Source: a virus (taxonomy: Duplodnaviria; Heunggongvirae; Uroviricota; Caudoviricetes). Taken from it: a DNA stretch of 64,000 nt. Below the pieces are notes generated by a model. That model was not told where the DNA came from and did not search any database. It saw nothing but the letters and a program-made list of their open reading frames with translations. The stretch lies in IMG/VR virus record IMGVR_UViG_3300008114_001632; one strand, written 5' to 3'. Each line of letters begins with the position of its first letter. Position 1 is the stretch's first letter. Below are positions 37,018 through 45,737 of this stretch, piece by piece. A program made the translations under genes and the position numbers.

Positions 37018-37024
37018 TATTTAC
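37018..37024 (-). promoter_or_regulatory. late-type promoter GTAAATA
   Basis: 4 nt upstream of the kinase ATG. Confidence 0.55.
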
Positions 37025-37032
37025 TCAGGTTA

Positions 37033-37737
37033 TTAACTGTTTCTCAACTTGGCTAATCCAAATAATTCAAATAACTTAAACCACATCCAGCCAATATCAA
37101 ACTCAAACCAACGACGACTTAGTTTAGGGTTAGCAGGATCCAAGTGATGATTATTGTGTAGTTCTTCACCACCAATTAGTATGCCCCAAGGCCCAACATT
37201 ACGACTATGGTCTTTGGTTTCACCGTTACGATATCCCCACCAGTGACCAATGCCATTAATAAATCCTGCGGCCCAGAATGGAATCCAGATCATCTGTACG
37301 CCCCATACTAGAAAACCCCATAGCCCAAATAATAACAAGTCTATGACTAACATTAAGAGAATGCCATGGCGGTGATATCTAGTATAGAAAACTTCAATAC
37401 GATCTTTCGGAGTACCTGCACCATACTTAATAACCATTTGTGGATCTTTAGTAGCTTCGTGATATAAACTCCATCCACCTAGTAGTAATCGTTTAATACC
37501 AAAGATGTGAGGACTGTGTGGATCGCCTTCTACATCAGTTGATTGATGATGCTTGCGATGCACTGCTACCCATGCTTTAGTAGTCATTCCTGTGGTCATC
37601 CATAACCAAAATCTCATAAAATGACTTAGAATTGGATGAAACTCAATTCCTCTATGTGCCTGACTTCTATGCAAATACAGCGTAACACACACTATAGTAA
37701 TGTGCGTCATTATTAGGATTGCTAAGATAATTTCCAA
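37033..37737 (-). CDS. membrane fatty-acid (acyl-lipid/acyl-CoA delta-9-type) desaturase
   Basis: His boxes HRSQAH, HRKHH, HNNHH; start re-assigned to TTG 37737 after GGAG. Confidence 0.9.
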   Translation of the reverse strand: MEIILAILIMTHITIVCVTLYLHRSQAHRGIEFHPILSHFMRFWLWMTTGMTTKAWVAVHRKHHQSTDVEGDPHSPHIFGIKRLLLGGWSLYHEATKDPQMVIKYGAGTPKDRIEVFYTRYHRHGILLMLVIDLLLFGLWGFLVWGVQMIWIPFWAAGFINGIGHWWGYRNGETKDHSRNVGPWGILIGGEELHNNHHLDPANPKLSRRWFEFDIGWMWFKLFELFGLAKLRNS

Positions 37738-37784
37738 AATATTCTCCAAAAGATGTTGTGTCTGTGTAATAGTATATTTACCTG

Positions 37785-37813
37785 TTGACAGGTGAGCAAG
37801 AATATTGTATAAT
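37785..37813 (+). promoter_or_regulatory. consensus sigma70 promoter (leaderless), back-to-back with a minus-strand GTAAATA
   Basis: TTGACA-N17-TATAAT, 6 nt before ATG 37820; tattta at 37775-37780. Confidence 0.8.
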
Positions 37814-37819
37814 AGCATT

Positions 37820-38401
37820 ATGAAACGTAAACTTATACTCACAGACGCAGACGGAGTTCTACTAGATTGGGAATGGGCATTCTCAGTTTGGATGCAAGAA
37901 CGAGGTTATACACTAACAGCGGATAATAAGAAAAGCTATTATCTGCATCATCACTACAATGAATTAGAAGAAAAAGATGCTAAGAAAGTTGTTAAGACTT
38001 TTAATGAATCTGCAGCCATTGGCTTTCTTCCTGCACTTCGTGACAGTGCTTTCTATGTTAAACGACTGCACGAAGAACACGGATATCAATTCCGTGTTAT
38101 TACAAGTTTGAGTCTAGATAAAAATGCACAGAAACTGCGTGAAATGAATTTACGCAAGATCTTTGGCAATGCTATTGAATCAGTTATTTGCTTAGACACA
38201 GGCGCAGATAAAGACAGTGCATTGGCTCCGTACAAGGATAGTGGTATGTGGTGGATTGAAGACAAGCCGCAAAACGCAGATGTTGGACATGCGTTGGGAT
38301 TAAAAAGTATTCTTATTGAGCATGGACATAACATGCACCACGTTTGTGAATATAATATTGTTAAAAATTGGAAAGAGATTTACGAACTTGTTTTAGCTTA
38401 A
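37820..38401 (+). CDS. HAD-superfamily 5'(3')-deoxyribonucleotidase-like protein
   Basis: LTDADGVLLDW motif I, VITS motif II, K, WIEDK motif IV. Confidence 0.8.
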   Translation: MKRKLILTDADGVLLDWEWAFSVWMQERGYTLTADNKKSYYLHHHYNELEEKDAKKVVKTFNESAAIGFLPALRDSAFYVKRLHEEHGYQFRVITSLSLDKNAQKLREMNLRKIFGNAIESVICLDTGADKDSALAPYKDSGMWWIEDKPQNADVGHALGLKSILIEHGHNMHHVCEYNIVKNWKEIYELVLA

Positions 38402-39022
38402 TAGTCTATTAACAAAATTTAATAATAATTGGTGATGTCGATTCTCGTGCCAGTGAGGCTGTAGATATTTTTTGTCGTACCACCACTGTTCACTTTCTGG
38501 ATGGCATCCTATTACACCAATGCGTCCTTGTATAATAGCCATAGGATCACCGTTGCTATAGGTAGCCACAACATCCATATTATTACCAACAAATGCACAG
38601 CCGTCATAGAAATACATCCTTTCGTTAACACCTAACCAATTCACTGGCATAGCTTTAGGATGGGGGCGTCTTGTGTCAGTGTTAGGTTGTTTGATGTACT
38701 GTACTGCTCTAACACCATCTAAGACATTAAGGTAGTCTCGATCTGCCCAGTATGCTCCCATGCATATTCCAAGAAATTTGCCTCCACTCTTTACAAAGTT
38801 TCTAACAGCGTCACAGTTCCATTTCATTAGAGTATCATATCTATCGCTGTCACCGTAGCCTCCGGGAAAACATACGCAGTCTACATCATCAAAGAAGGTA
38901 GGTTCAACTTCGTCTCTAGAAAATAATTTAAAACTGTAGTGGGATGAAAGAGCTTTGATGATGCCGTTAGCAGAGTCCACGGCACAGATGGGTTGATGCA
39001 AAAATAATGCTATCTTTTTCAA
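38393..39022 (-). CDS. class I glutamine amidotransferase-like protein (BPL_N-type)
   Basis: FPGG oxyanion strand, LGICMGAY nucleophile elbow, HPE; TTG start. Confidence 0.8.
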   Translation of the reverse strand: MKKIALFLHQPICAVDSANGIIKALSSHYSFKLFSRDEVEPTFFDDVDCVCFPGGYGDSDRYDTLMKWNCDAVRNFVKSGGKFLGICMGAYWADRDYLNVLDGVRAVQYIKQPNTDTRRPHPKAMPVNWLGVNERMYFYDGCAFVGNNMDVVATYSNGDPMAIIQGRIGVIGCHPESEQWWYDKKYLQPHWHENRHHQLLLNFVNRLLS

Positions 39023-39034
39023 CTTTAATCTTTA

Positions 39035-39130
39035 TAAAGCTCACTTTCGAAGTCTACGGTAGCGAATCGCTTTCTCCGCGCCAGCAGCCGGCGCACACTT
39101 TCGGTAACTTAATACCGGTCCTAAGGTGTG
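39035..39130 (-). ncRNA. candidate structured RNA (unidentified)
   Basis: about 54% GC intergenic island with nested stems CACAC/GTGTG, CGGTA/TACCG, GCGCC/GGCGC, AGCG/CGCT. Confidence 0.55.
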
Positions 39131-39577
39131 TTAGTTACACCAACTTTGTTTAGCATCGCCGTAATACTCTCTAGCTAAACCGTTGGCAATTAATCCTTGT
39201 CGAATACTTTGTCCATTTACCAAGATGTCTCCCAATATACGGCCACCAAACTTATCCCATCCATAGATAATAACCTGGTGCTTTGGGTGGGATTGTATGG
39301 CTTGAGTTGTAAATTTACTCGCCAGTTGCGCTCGCTGGTCTTCTTGTGGACATTGAGCTCTGTGTCCTTTTTCTGGGGTGTCAACGCCGTAGATTCTAAC
39401 AGCAAGTTCAGGTTTGAGCGGGGCTGGTAGAAAGGGGGCGGCGATTACAATAGTATCGCCATCACTCACTCTAATAATTTGTGCATCATATGTTGCTGAC
39501 TTAGTAGGCATTTTGCCTTGTGCAAAAGCCGGAACAGATAATACTGTTGCTAATAAAAATACAAATAAACTTTTCAT
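39131..39577 (-). CDS. thermonuclease (SNase-like) with signal peptide
   Basis: SDGDT, VRIYGVDTPE, DKFGGRILG; hydrophobic N-terminus. Confidence 0.9.
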   Translation of the reverse strand: MKSLFVFLLATVLSVPAFAQGKMPTKSATYDAQIIRVSDGDTIVIAAPFLPAPLKPELAVRIYGVDTPEKGHRAQCPQEDQRAQLASKFTTQAIQSHPKHQVIIYGWDKFGGRILGDILVNGQSIRQGLIANGLAREYYGDAKQSWCN

Positions 39578-39589
39578 AATTTTCCTTTG

Positions 39590-39820
39590 TTAAACAACTT
39601 GAAGTAGACCATACACACCTGTAACCAGCATGGCTTTTACAGCCATATCGTCTGCTTCATTGTCTAGTATATCTGTTCTGACTAAGTCTTGTAGTAATTC
39701 TTTATATTCATCAGGACTAATTTGTCCAGCGGAATACGCTTCTGATAGTTGCAATGCCATTTGAGCTCTTTGTTCTGCCCATGGACGACCACAACCAATT
39801 AGTGCTCTTAGTTCTTGCAT
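39590..39820 (-). CDS. hypothetical protein
   Basis: 76-aa ORF. Confidence 0.7.
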   Translation of the reverse strand: MQELRALIGCGRPWAEQRAQMALQLSEAYSAGQISPDEYKELLQDLVRTDILDNEADDMAVKAMLVTGVYGLLQVV

Positions 39821-40210
39821 TTAGAATCTCCCTAATACTGCACTTGCAGACTTTTCAGACTGAAGTATCATTATTTTCTTTTTAATTTCACAGTAGGCTT
39901 TGGTGCCCTGTTTGTCAATACTGCGTTTATAAAAATCGTCAACAGTTTCTTTCATCGGTCCGATCAACTTACGAACATCCTGTTGACGTGATCCCTTGCT
40001 TTCACTATAAAGATCAAACCATTCTAGATGATCTTTAATGCGTTTTACTTGTGGAGCATGATCTATATTGCAATCTAACTGTGCTACTGATTGACGTACA
40101 TCAACGATTGCGCGGCTTTGATTATCATCCCAGAAGCTGGGTATCCAATTCTGTACAGTAGCACAGCCTGTTAATGATAAAGCAAGAACTGCGGCAGCTA
40201 AGATTCTCAT
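39821..40210 (-). CDS. putative lipoprotein
   Basis: lipobox LTGC after a hydrophobic signal. Confidence 0.7.
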   Translation of the reverse strand: MRILAAAVLALSLTGCATVQNWIPSFWDDNQSRAIVDVRQSVAQLDCNIDHAPQVKRIKDHLEWFDLYSESKGSRQQDVRKLIGPMKETVDDFYKRSIDKQGTKAYCEIKKKIMILQSEKSASAVLGRF

Positions 40211-40521
40211 TACTTGCTCTTCTTAGCGTCTTCGATCTTAGTTCCTTCGAACTTTTCACGAACTTTGACTGTAGTACAAGTTTGTTTTGGTTTATTAGTT
40301 TTAGGATCCATTACAGGTTTTCCGTCTTTACCTTGTACATCTAAGCAAACTTGTTTAGTTTTTGGAGCTTCTTTATTAGTATCCGCTGGAGCAGCCGGAG
40401 CAGTTGCGTTTGCTGTGGCTGCTGGTGTTGCTTGTGTTGCTTTTTTTGGTTCTTCTTTGGCGCAGGCTGCTGTACCAATAACCATCATACCTGCAAAAAT
40501 TGCTGTTGTTAATAATTTCAT
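40210..40521 (-). CDS. putative exported/lipoprotein, Ala/Pro-rich
   Basis: signal peptide ending TAAC; C-terminal Cys pair. Confidence 0.65.
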   Translation of the reverse strand: MKLLTTAIFAGMMVIGTAACAKEEPKKATQATPAATANATAPAAPADTNKEAPKTKQVCLDVQGKDGKPVMDPKTNKPKQTCTTVKVREKFEGTKIEDAKKSK

Positions 40522-40522
40522 T

Positions 40523-40645
40523 TTATTTTTCCTTTTTAGCTAACATGGCTTGAACTTTTTCTTGTACGGCTTTTGCCCAGAAAGGTTGTGGAAAATTCCA
40601 TCCTACAAATGCACCTACTGCTACCCATAATAATATATCTAACAT
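40523..40645 (-). CDS. 40-aa single-TM protein (not in ORF track)
   Basis: MLDILLWVAVGAFVGWNFPQPFWAKAVQEKVQAMLAKKEK; GGAG SD. Confidence 0.65.
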   Translation of the reverse strand: MLDILLWVAVGAFVGWNFPQPFWAKAVQEKVQAMLAKKEK

Positions 40646-40657
40646 GTAAAATCTCCT

Positions 40658-40996
40658 TTATAATTCTGGCTCAGTTGGTTGCACAGGCTTACGTAGCCCT
40701 GTTGGTGTTACTACAGTCTGAGCTGGTACTGTCGTAGCATTCATTATTTTTTCTTGTCCTCTACTCCAAGCAGCAATGCCTAGTATAGCACCCATGGCCA
40801 TGTGGAACAGGCCAGCGCCTTTAAGAGTAATAGGATCCCATTGTGTAGATACCGTGCCTGAATATGCTGCCTGCGTAATTGACCATAGTATAGGAAACAC
40901 AGCAAAGTCTAGAATACAAATAAACATGTAGGTCCAGCCCATAGCAGGACGCCATTTTCTATTCATCCAATCTTCGTGTACAGTTGATCCTGACAT
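40658..40996 (-). CDS. holin (GTA 3TM-holin-like)
   Basis: WMNRKWRPAMGW..M...DF plus TM segments; in the lysis cassette. Confidence 0.7.
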   Translation of the reverse strand: MSGSTVHEDWMNRKWRPAMGWTYMFICILDFAVFPILWSITQAAYSGTVSTQWDPITLKGAGLFHMAMGAILGIAAWSRGQEKIMNATTVPAQTVVTPTGLRKPVQPTEPEL

Positions 40997-40997
40997 T

Positions 40998-41264
40998 TTA
41001 TTTTACTGCCTTGTCGTAAATTTCTTTTTGACGTTTGTGCCATTCAACCATAGCTTCAATTTTTACACGGCATTCGTAATAAGTTCCGTAGTTTTGAACT
41101 ACACTGTCAAGAAGTTTACTTAATTCAGGCGACTTTTCTGCTTGTTTAAGTTCTGGGCAAGGATCTGCAATTTCTTGCGGTAGTTCAGGAAATGTTGGCG
41201 GCTTTGTTATGGACAAACATCCTGTTAATAAAACCGCAGGAAGCAACATTAGAAGTTTTTTCAT
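40998..41264 (-). CDS. o-spanin (Rz1-like lipoprotein)
   Basis: lipobox LLTGC, Pro-rich, downstream of the i-spanin. Confidence 0.7.
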   Translation of the reverse strand: MKKLLMLLPAVLLTGCLSITKPPTFPELPQEIADPCPELKQAEKSPELSKLLDSVVQNYGTYYECRVKIEAMVEWHKRQKEIYDKAVK

Positions 41265-41725
41265 TTCTTGCTCCCTGGTGGTTTCGCTGCTTCGTTAAGA
41301 ATATCAATAGCTTCGGGTGCTACTTTACACTCTTGATTGATTATTTTTTCTATTTCTTTAATCTTATCTTGATAGATAACTACATTTTCTTTTACAACTT
41401 TAACACGGTCTTTGTAAACAGTAACAATTTCTTTGTTTACTTGTTTTCCCTGTTCTTCAGCGATTCTAGCACGTTCTTCAGCAACACGAAGTTTTTCGCG
41501 CCATTCCATTTCAACACCTACACCACCTTTGAAATATACACCTACAATCAATAATACAATACTGACTATTTGTAAAATTAAATGATATGGAGCTATTGCT
41601 GGAAGCCAACGAACTACTCTGTGTAGTATAAAAAATGTAAAGAAAGTACCAATTGCGCCAGCGATAAGGATAGTGTTAACTACCCAAAGTAAAAAACTAT
41701 CTGGCACAAAGGATAGCATCCACAT
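41261..41725 (-). CDS. i-spanin (Rz-like)
   Basis: N-terminal TM segments, periplasmic coiled coil, C-terminal Cys. Confidence 0.65.
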   Translation of the reverse strand: MWMLSFVPDSFLLWVVNTILIAGAIGTFFTFFILHRVVRWLPAIAPYHLILQIVSIVLLIVGVYFKGGVGVEMEWREKLRVAEERARIAEEQGKQVNKEIVTVYKDRVKVVKENVVIYQDKIKEIEKIINQECKVAPEAIDILNEAAKPPGSKK

Positions 41726-41726
41726 A

Positions 41727-42356
41727 TTAATGTCCTACAAACAAGTGTAATGCGTGATTGTAATGCTTGATGCGGTCTTCTAAACCAATAGTACCACCGT
41801 TGATACGCTTAGTTAGTGTAAGGATGTCTTTCTTATCAGCCCATTGATTAAGATTGTTCTGCTCCCAGAACCAGCAAGCTGATTGTACAGCACCTTCAAA
41901 CGTTTGTAGGTACTCTGGAATTTCTTCTAATGGAGTATCAATAGCAGCCGCAAATAATGTGTAATTATTTTTACCTGTCAACTGAATAAGTCCTCGACCT
42001 AGATAACGGAAACCGTCACCACTAGCTTCGTCTCCGTTGCCCATACGATTCGCATATACTTTATTGGCAATCTTTTCTGGCTTTTTCTCGTAGGCCCTAG
42101 CTTCATCTAAAGTTTTAAAATACTTAGAAAAAGTCTTTGTCAAACTTTCTGCTTTATAGTTTAAATTTTCTTTAAGGAATTTAAAGCCACCTGATTCGTG
42201 AGCGCACTGTGCAACAAATGCTGCCACACGCTCAGGAGTATGTATTTCGTATACTGGAAGGATTTCGCATAATGCACTGTACCAGTAATCTGTATATGGG
42301 TTCTTGCCAATTATTTCTGACAAATATTCTTTTTTAAATTCAAATGTAAAACTCAT
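41727..42356 (-). CDS. glycoside hydrolase family 19 endolysin
   Basis: AQCAHESGGF, GRGLIQLTGKNNY, WFW, TKRINGG. Confidence 0.9.
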   Translation of the reverse strand: MSFTFEFKKEYLSEIIGKNPYTDYWYSALCEILPVYEIHTPERVAAFVAQCAHESGGFKFLKENLNYKAESLTKTFSKYFKTLDEARAYEKKPEKIANKVYANRMGNGDEASGDGFRYLGRGLIQLTGKNNYTLFAAAIDTPLEEIPEYLQTFEGAVQSACWFWEQNNLNQWADKKDILTLTKRINGGTIGLEDRIKHYNHALHLFVGH

Positions 42357-42370
42357 TGTAGTTCCTTATT

Positions 42371-43084
42371 TTATAAACGTTCGAGAACTAGTGTTCTGCC
42401 GTTATTTTCTAGTGTAAGTTTTTTACCATATTTTGTAATATTGTAATTACCTATATATTTACTGAGATATATCACTTCTCCGAAGTCGTTAAAATTCAAA
42501 CTTTCAGTAATGTTATTTAGTATAAGATGTTTTTCACCAATATCTACAAATCTAAAATGCAATGGATCTGCATACATTTTTTTAATAGTAAGAATATCAT
42601 CTAACATATCTATAGATTCAACAAAACTTTTACTAAAGAAATTTTTAAAATTATTCATGTTGCTTTCGTTAGCTACAATTCCATAGTTGTCAGGGTCGCT
42701 GGGTACAAATTGTTGTAAATTTTCTAACGTGGCTTCGTGGCTTCTAAAATCTTTATAATATCTAAATTTTAGTTTATCTTTATCTGCAAGTTTTTTGATA
42801 CCGTCTACTATTTCAGCGATCTGTTCATGTGCTTCAGAATTTCTTTCTAACTCTACAAAAACTTTAAAAGTACCATCGCTTTGTTCTCCTGCTGTTGTGT
42901 CTGCATCAAGAATAAAATCGTACCCTTTTTCTAAAAAACTCACTAGATCGTCTGCAGGTTCTTTTGTTTTTACGCTGAAGCTTAGTGTGATAATGTTTTG
43001 ATCATCGCCCATTTTAGAGGCAAATGAATCAATTTCAAATATCTCGTAGATCATATCTCGTAGGTCACCTATTCGTAGTCCCAT
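42371..43084 (-). CDS. hypothetical protein
   Basis: 237-aa ORF. Confidence 0.75.
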   Translation of the reverse strand: MGLRIGDLRDMIYEIFEIDSFASKMGDDQNIITLSFSVKTKEPADDLVSFLEKGYDFILDADTTAGEQSDGTFKVFVELERNSEAHEQIAEIVDGIKKLADKDKLKFRYYKDFRSHEATLENLQQFVPSDPDNYGIVANESNMNNFKNFFSKSFVESIDMLDDILTIKKMYADPLHFRFVDIGEKHLILNNITESLNFNDFGEVIYLSKYIGNYNITKYGKKLTLENNGRTLVLERL

Positions 43085-43653
43085 TATGCTACACCTCCGG
43101 TTGGTTCGCTGCCGCTGGGTGCAGCCACTGCTCCGCCCGGTGCAGCTACTGGTGGAGCCATTGATTGATCAGCAGGTTGTGATTCTGATCCTGGAGAATT
43201 AGCAGCCACAGCAGGTTCAGTTTCAAAACTCTCCATTTCGTTATATCCTGTATAGATATCAACGATTAATTTCTTAGGCATTTGAATTTCAACAATCCAT
43301 ACTGGGTTTCTATCCAGCTTTCCTTTTTTAGTTCCTGGTCGAATATCATCAGGGTCTTTAATTTTTCTAGGAACAATGACGTAGTCTTTTTTATAGCCTA
43401 TCTTACAATCATAGTCTACTAGACGCTTGCCTCCCATTGGATCCGGCATCTTGTTGCGTGGCCACATAAACGAGCATGTAACCCAATGGCGATCAATCAC
43501 AGGGCCGCTTAAAAGTTCAGCATCTTCCCAATTAGCATATACATAAAGATCTAGTTCGTCTAGAACTCGTTCGAAGTCTTTCAACACCTGAAAAGCAGTG
43601 TCGTTTTCGTATATTCCTTCGATGTTTTTAATAACGTCATAAATGTCGTGCAT
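43084..43653 (-). CDS. hypothetical protein
   Basis: 189-aa ORF; GATAAATA at 43681-43688. Confidence 0.75.
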   Translation of the reverse strand: MHDIYDVIKNIEGIYENDTAFQVLKDFERVLDELDLYVYANWEDAELLSGPVIDRHWVTCSFMWPRNKMPDPMGGKRLVDYDCKIGYKKDYVIVPRKIKDPDDIRPGTKKGKLDRNPVWIVEIQMPKKLIVDIYTGYNEMESFETEPAVAANSPGSESQPADQSMAPPVAAPGGAVAAPSGSEPTGGVA

Positions 43654-43804
43654 TGTGCTGTCCTATAAATCTACTATACTTATTTATCGCATCAAAAAGA
43701 TAACATTATGTTTTTACTTTTGGAGGTCTGAGCTAAATATCTTTGTAGGGTGTTCCAGCCCGGAACGCTGTACACAGTTACTCAATATCCGTAAGGAGGA
43801 CTTA

Positions 43805-44521
43805 ATGAGTGCAAAAAGAGCGTCTCGTACTAAAAAACAAAACTTTGAAAACGTTGTAGATATCAACAATTATAAACACAAGCGTCAAGTGCAAATTCTT
43901 CCACGCAATAAACACCAAGAAACTTACATGCTAAAATTACTAGATCCAAAGAAAGATATAGTCTTCGGAGTGGGTCCAGCAGGAACCGGCAAAACGCTTA
44001 TTGCGGTGCAGGTGGCTGTAAAATTGTTTAAAGAAGGCGAAATTGACAAAATTATTGTTACAAGACCAGCAGTATCAGTAGATGAGGATATAGGATTTTT
44101 ACCAGGCACACTAGAACAAAAGATGGCACCGTGGACAAGACCTATATTTGACGTCTTACGCGAATACTTTAATGCTAAGGAAATAGAAGGCATGATAGAA
44201 GAAGGCATCATTGAAATTGCACCCCTAGCCTATATGCGAGGCAGGACATTCAAAAATGCATTTATTCTAGCTGATGAAATGCAAAATGCAACTCAAAATC
44301 AAATGAAAATGCTCTTAACTAGATTAGGAGAAGGCTCAATGATGGCTGTAACAGGAGATTTAGCTCAAGCAGATCGTTTAAAAGATAACGGCTTGATAAG
44401 TTTTATCGAACAGCTTGAATCCAAACAATTAAAACATTTGGACATAGTCCGTTTCGAACAAGGAGACATCGAACGTCACGAGGCAGTTAAGGAAGTATTA
44501 CAACTTTACGGAGATGAATAA
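43805..44521 (+). CDS. phoH: PhoH-like ATPase
   Basis: GPAGTGKT, IGFLPG, AYMRGRT, DEMQN, TGDLAQ; start re-assigned to 43805 after AAGGAGG; CTAAATA at 43733-43739. Confidence 0.93.
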   Translation: MSAKRASRTKKQNFENVVDINNYKHKRQVQILPRNKHQETYMLKLLDPKKDIVFGVGPAGTGKTLIAVQVAVKLFKEGEIDKIIVTRPAVSVDEDIGFLPGTLEQKMAPWTRPIFDVLREYFNAKEIEGMIEEGIIEIAPLAYMRGRTFKNAFILADEMQNATQNQMKMLLTRLGEGSMMAVTGDLAQADRLKDNGLISFIEQLESKQLKHLDIVRFEQGDIERHEAVKEVLQLYGDE

Positions 44522-44538
44522 GTAATATAGACTAAAAG

Positions 44539-44562
44539 GAAAAGGGCTTACGAGCCCTTTTC
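44539..44562. terminator. bidirectional intrinsic terminator
   Basis: GAAAAGGGCT-TACG-AGCCCTTTTC between convergent phoH and dCMP deaminase. Confidence 0.8.
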
Positions 44563-45018
44563 TACTTTAATAACATTGATATTTGACTTTTGTAAAAAGT
44601 CTAGACCATCGTTGAGTCTGTATGGATGGGCATAATAAACAGCTTTTATGCCACTTTGATAGATCAATTTAGCACATTCCATGCAAGGTTGGTGCGTTAC
44701 AAATAACGTAGCACCATCTCCGCTCTCAGAACTGCGGGCTAATTTTGCTATGGCGTTTGACTCTGCGTGTAAAACCTCTGGTCTCGTTTTTAAACCTCTA
44801 TTAACTAGAGATTGTGACTCTCCAAACACTGCATCACTAAATCCAATATCTTCGTGTTCGCAATTATTGTCCCACCCACTAGGCATACCGTTATAGCCAA
44901 TACTGATAATCCTATCATCTTTAACAACAATAGCACCAACTTGCAGTCGTTTAGCAGAACTTAATTTGCTAAACCTGTCAGCAACATCCATGTATGCATC
45001 TACAAACTTTGCTTTCAT
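44548..45018 (-). CDS. cd: dCMP deaminase
   Basis: GYNGMP, HAESNAI, PCMEC. Confidence 0.92.
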   Translation of the reverse strand: MKAKFVDAYMDVADRFSKLSSAKRLQVGAIVVKDDRIISIGYNGMPSGWDNNCEHEDIGFSDAVFGESQSLVNRGLKTRPEVLHAESNAIAKLARSSESGDGATLFVTHQPCMECAKLIYQSGIKAVYYAHPYRLNDGLDFLQKSNINVIKVEKGS

Positions 45019-45716
45019 AATTCATTCATCAACGGAAAGATCTTTCCAATGATTTCTGCACAAGCAATCGCAATAGCCATGTGTTCTTTCTGTGTGCCAT
45101 TTGCACTGCGTAGTTCAATATAGTGTAACCAGCTACGCAAACTGCCTTGCATGTATAATCGTGTCTTGGTAATGCCTTCTGGCAAAACCTTACGTGCTTG
45201 TTCTTTAGCAATACCGTTTTTAATAGCCCAGTCGTATTCTTTCTTACAGTTATGTGCTACTCGCATCTGTGCATGCAACCAGTCTATGGCTAACTGACGG
45301 TCTTCAGTTTCAATACTGTTCTGACGATTCTTTTCATCTTGCAATCTTGCTTCTGAATATTCAAACATGTCGCCCATGTCTTCTGGGTTAGCATACCTCT
45401 GGCTAAACTCTTGAAAGGAAAAACTGCGATGACGCACAATTTGATGTGCAATATCACGAGTAGTATCAATTTCGAGAGTAGCATTAACCATCTCGAGTGG
45501 ACTCCAGTGACTGTGTTTGATCAAATATTTGATAAGTTTAGCACTAGTTTCTTCATTCATTTGGTTAGCTGGGTTACTAACTCTTGCGCAAAACGCAATT
45601 AGATCTTGAATGTCTGCAAATTCTGGTTCTGTTTTACCCTTGGCCAGAGCTTCTGCTTTACATTCTTCTACAAATTCTGGGTCTGCTACAGTATAGCCTA
45701 CAATACGAACTCTCAT
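45015..45716 (-). CDS. thyX: flavin-dependent thymidylate synthase
   Basis: HWSPLE, RHRSFSFQEFSQRY. Confidence 0.95.
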   Translation of the reverse strand: MRVRIVGYTVADPEFVEECKAEALAKGKTEPEFADIQDLIAFCARVSNPANQMNEETSAKLIKYLIKHSHWSPLEMVNATLEIDTTRDIAHQIVRHRSFSFQEFSQRYANPEDMGDMFEYSEARLQDEKNRQNSIETEDRQLAIDWLHAQMRVAHNCKKEYDWAIKNGIAKEQARKVLPEGITKTRLYMQGSLRSWLHYIELRSANGTQKEHMAIAIACAEIIGKIFPLMNEL

Positions 45717-45737
45717 TTAATTTCCTTTACTTAATTA

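Noticed and set aside
37738-37842. N-terminal extension of the desaturase given by the ORF track
   Set aside because: Overlaps the divergent promoter and HAD gene; an SD-linked TTG at 37737 is more plausible
39035-39130. tRNA or intrinsic terminator
   Set aside because: No cloverleaf, T-loop or CCA, and no U-tract after the stems
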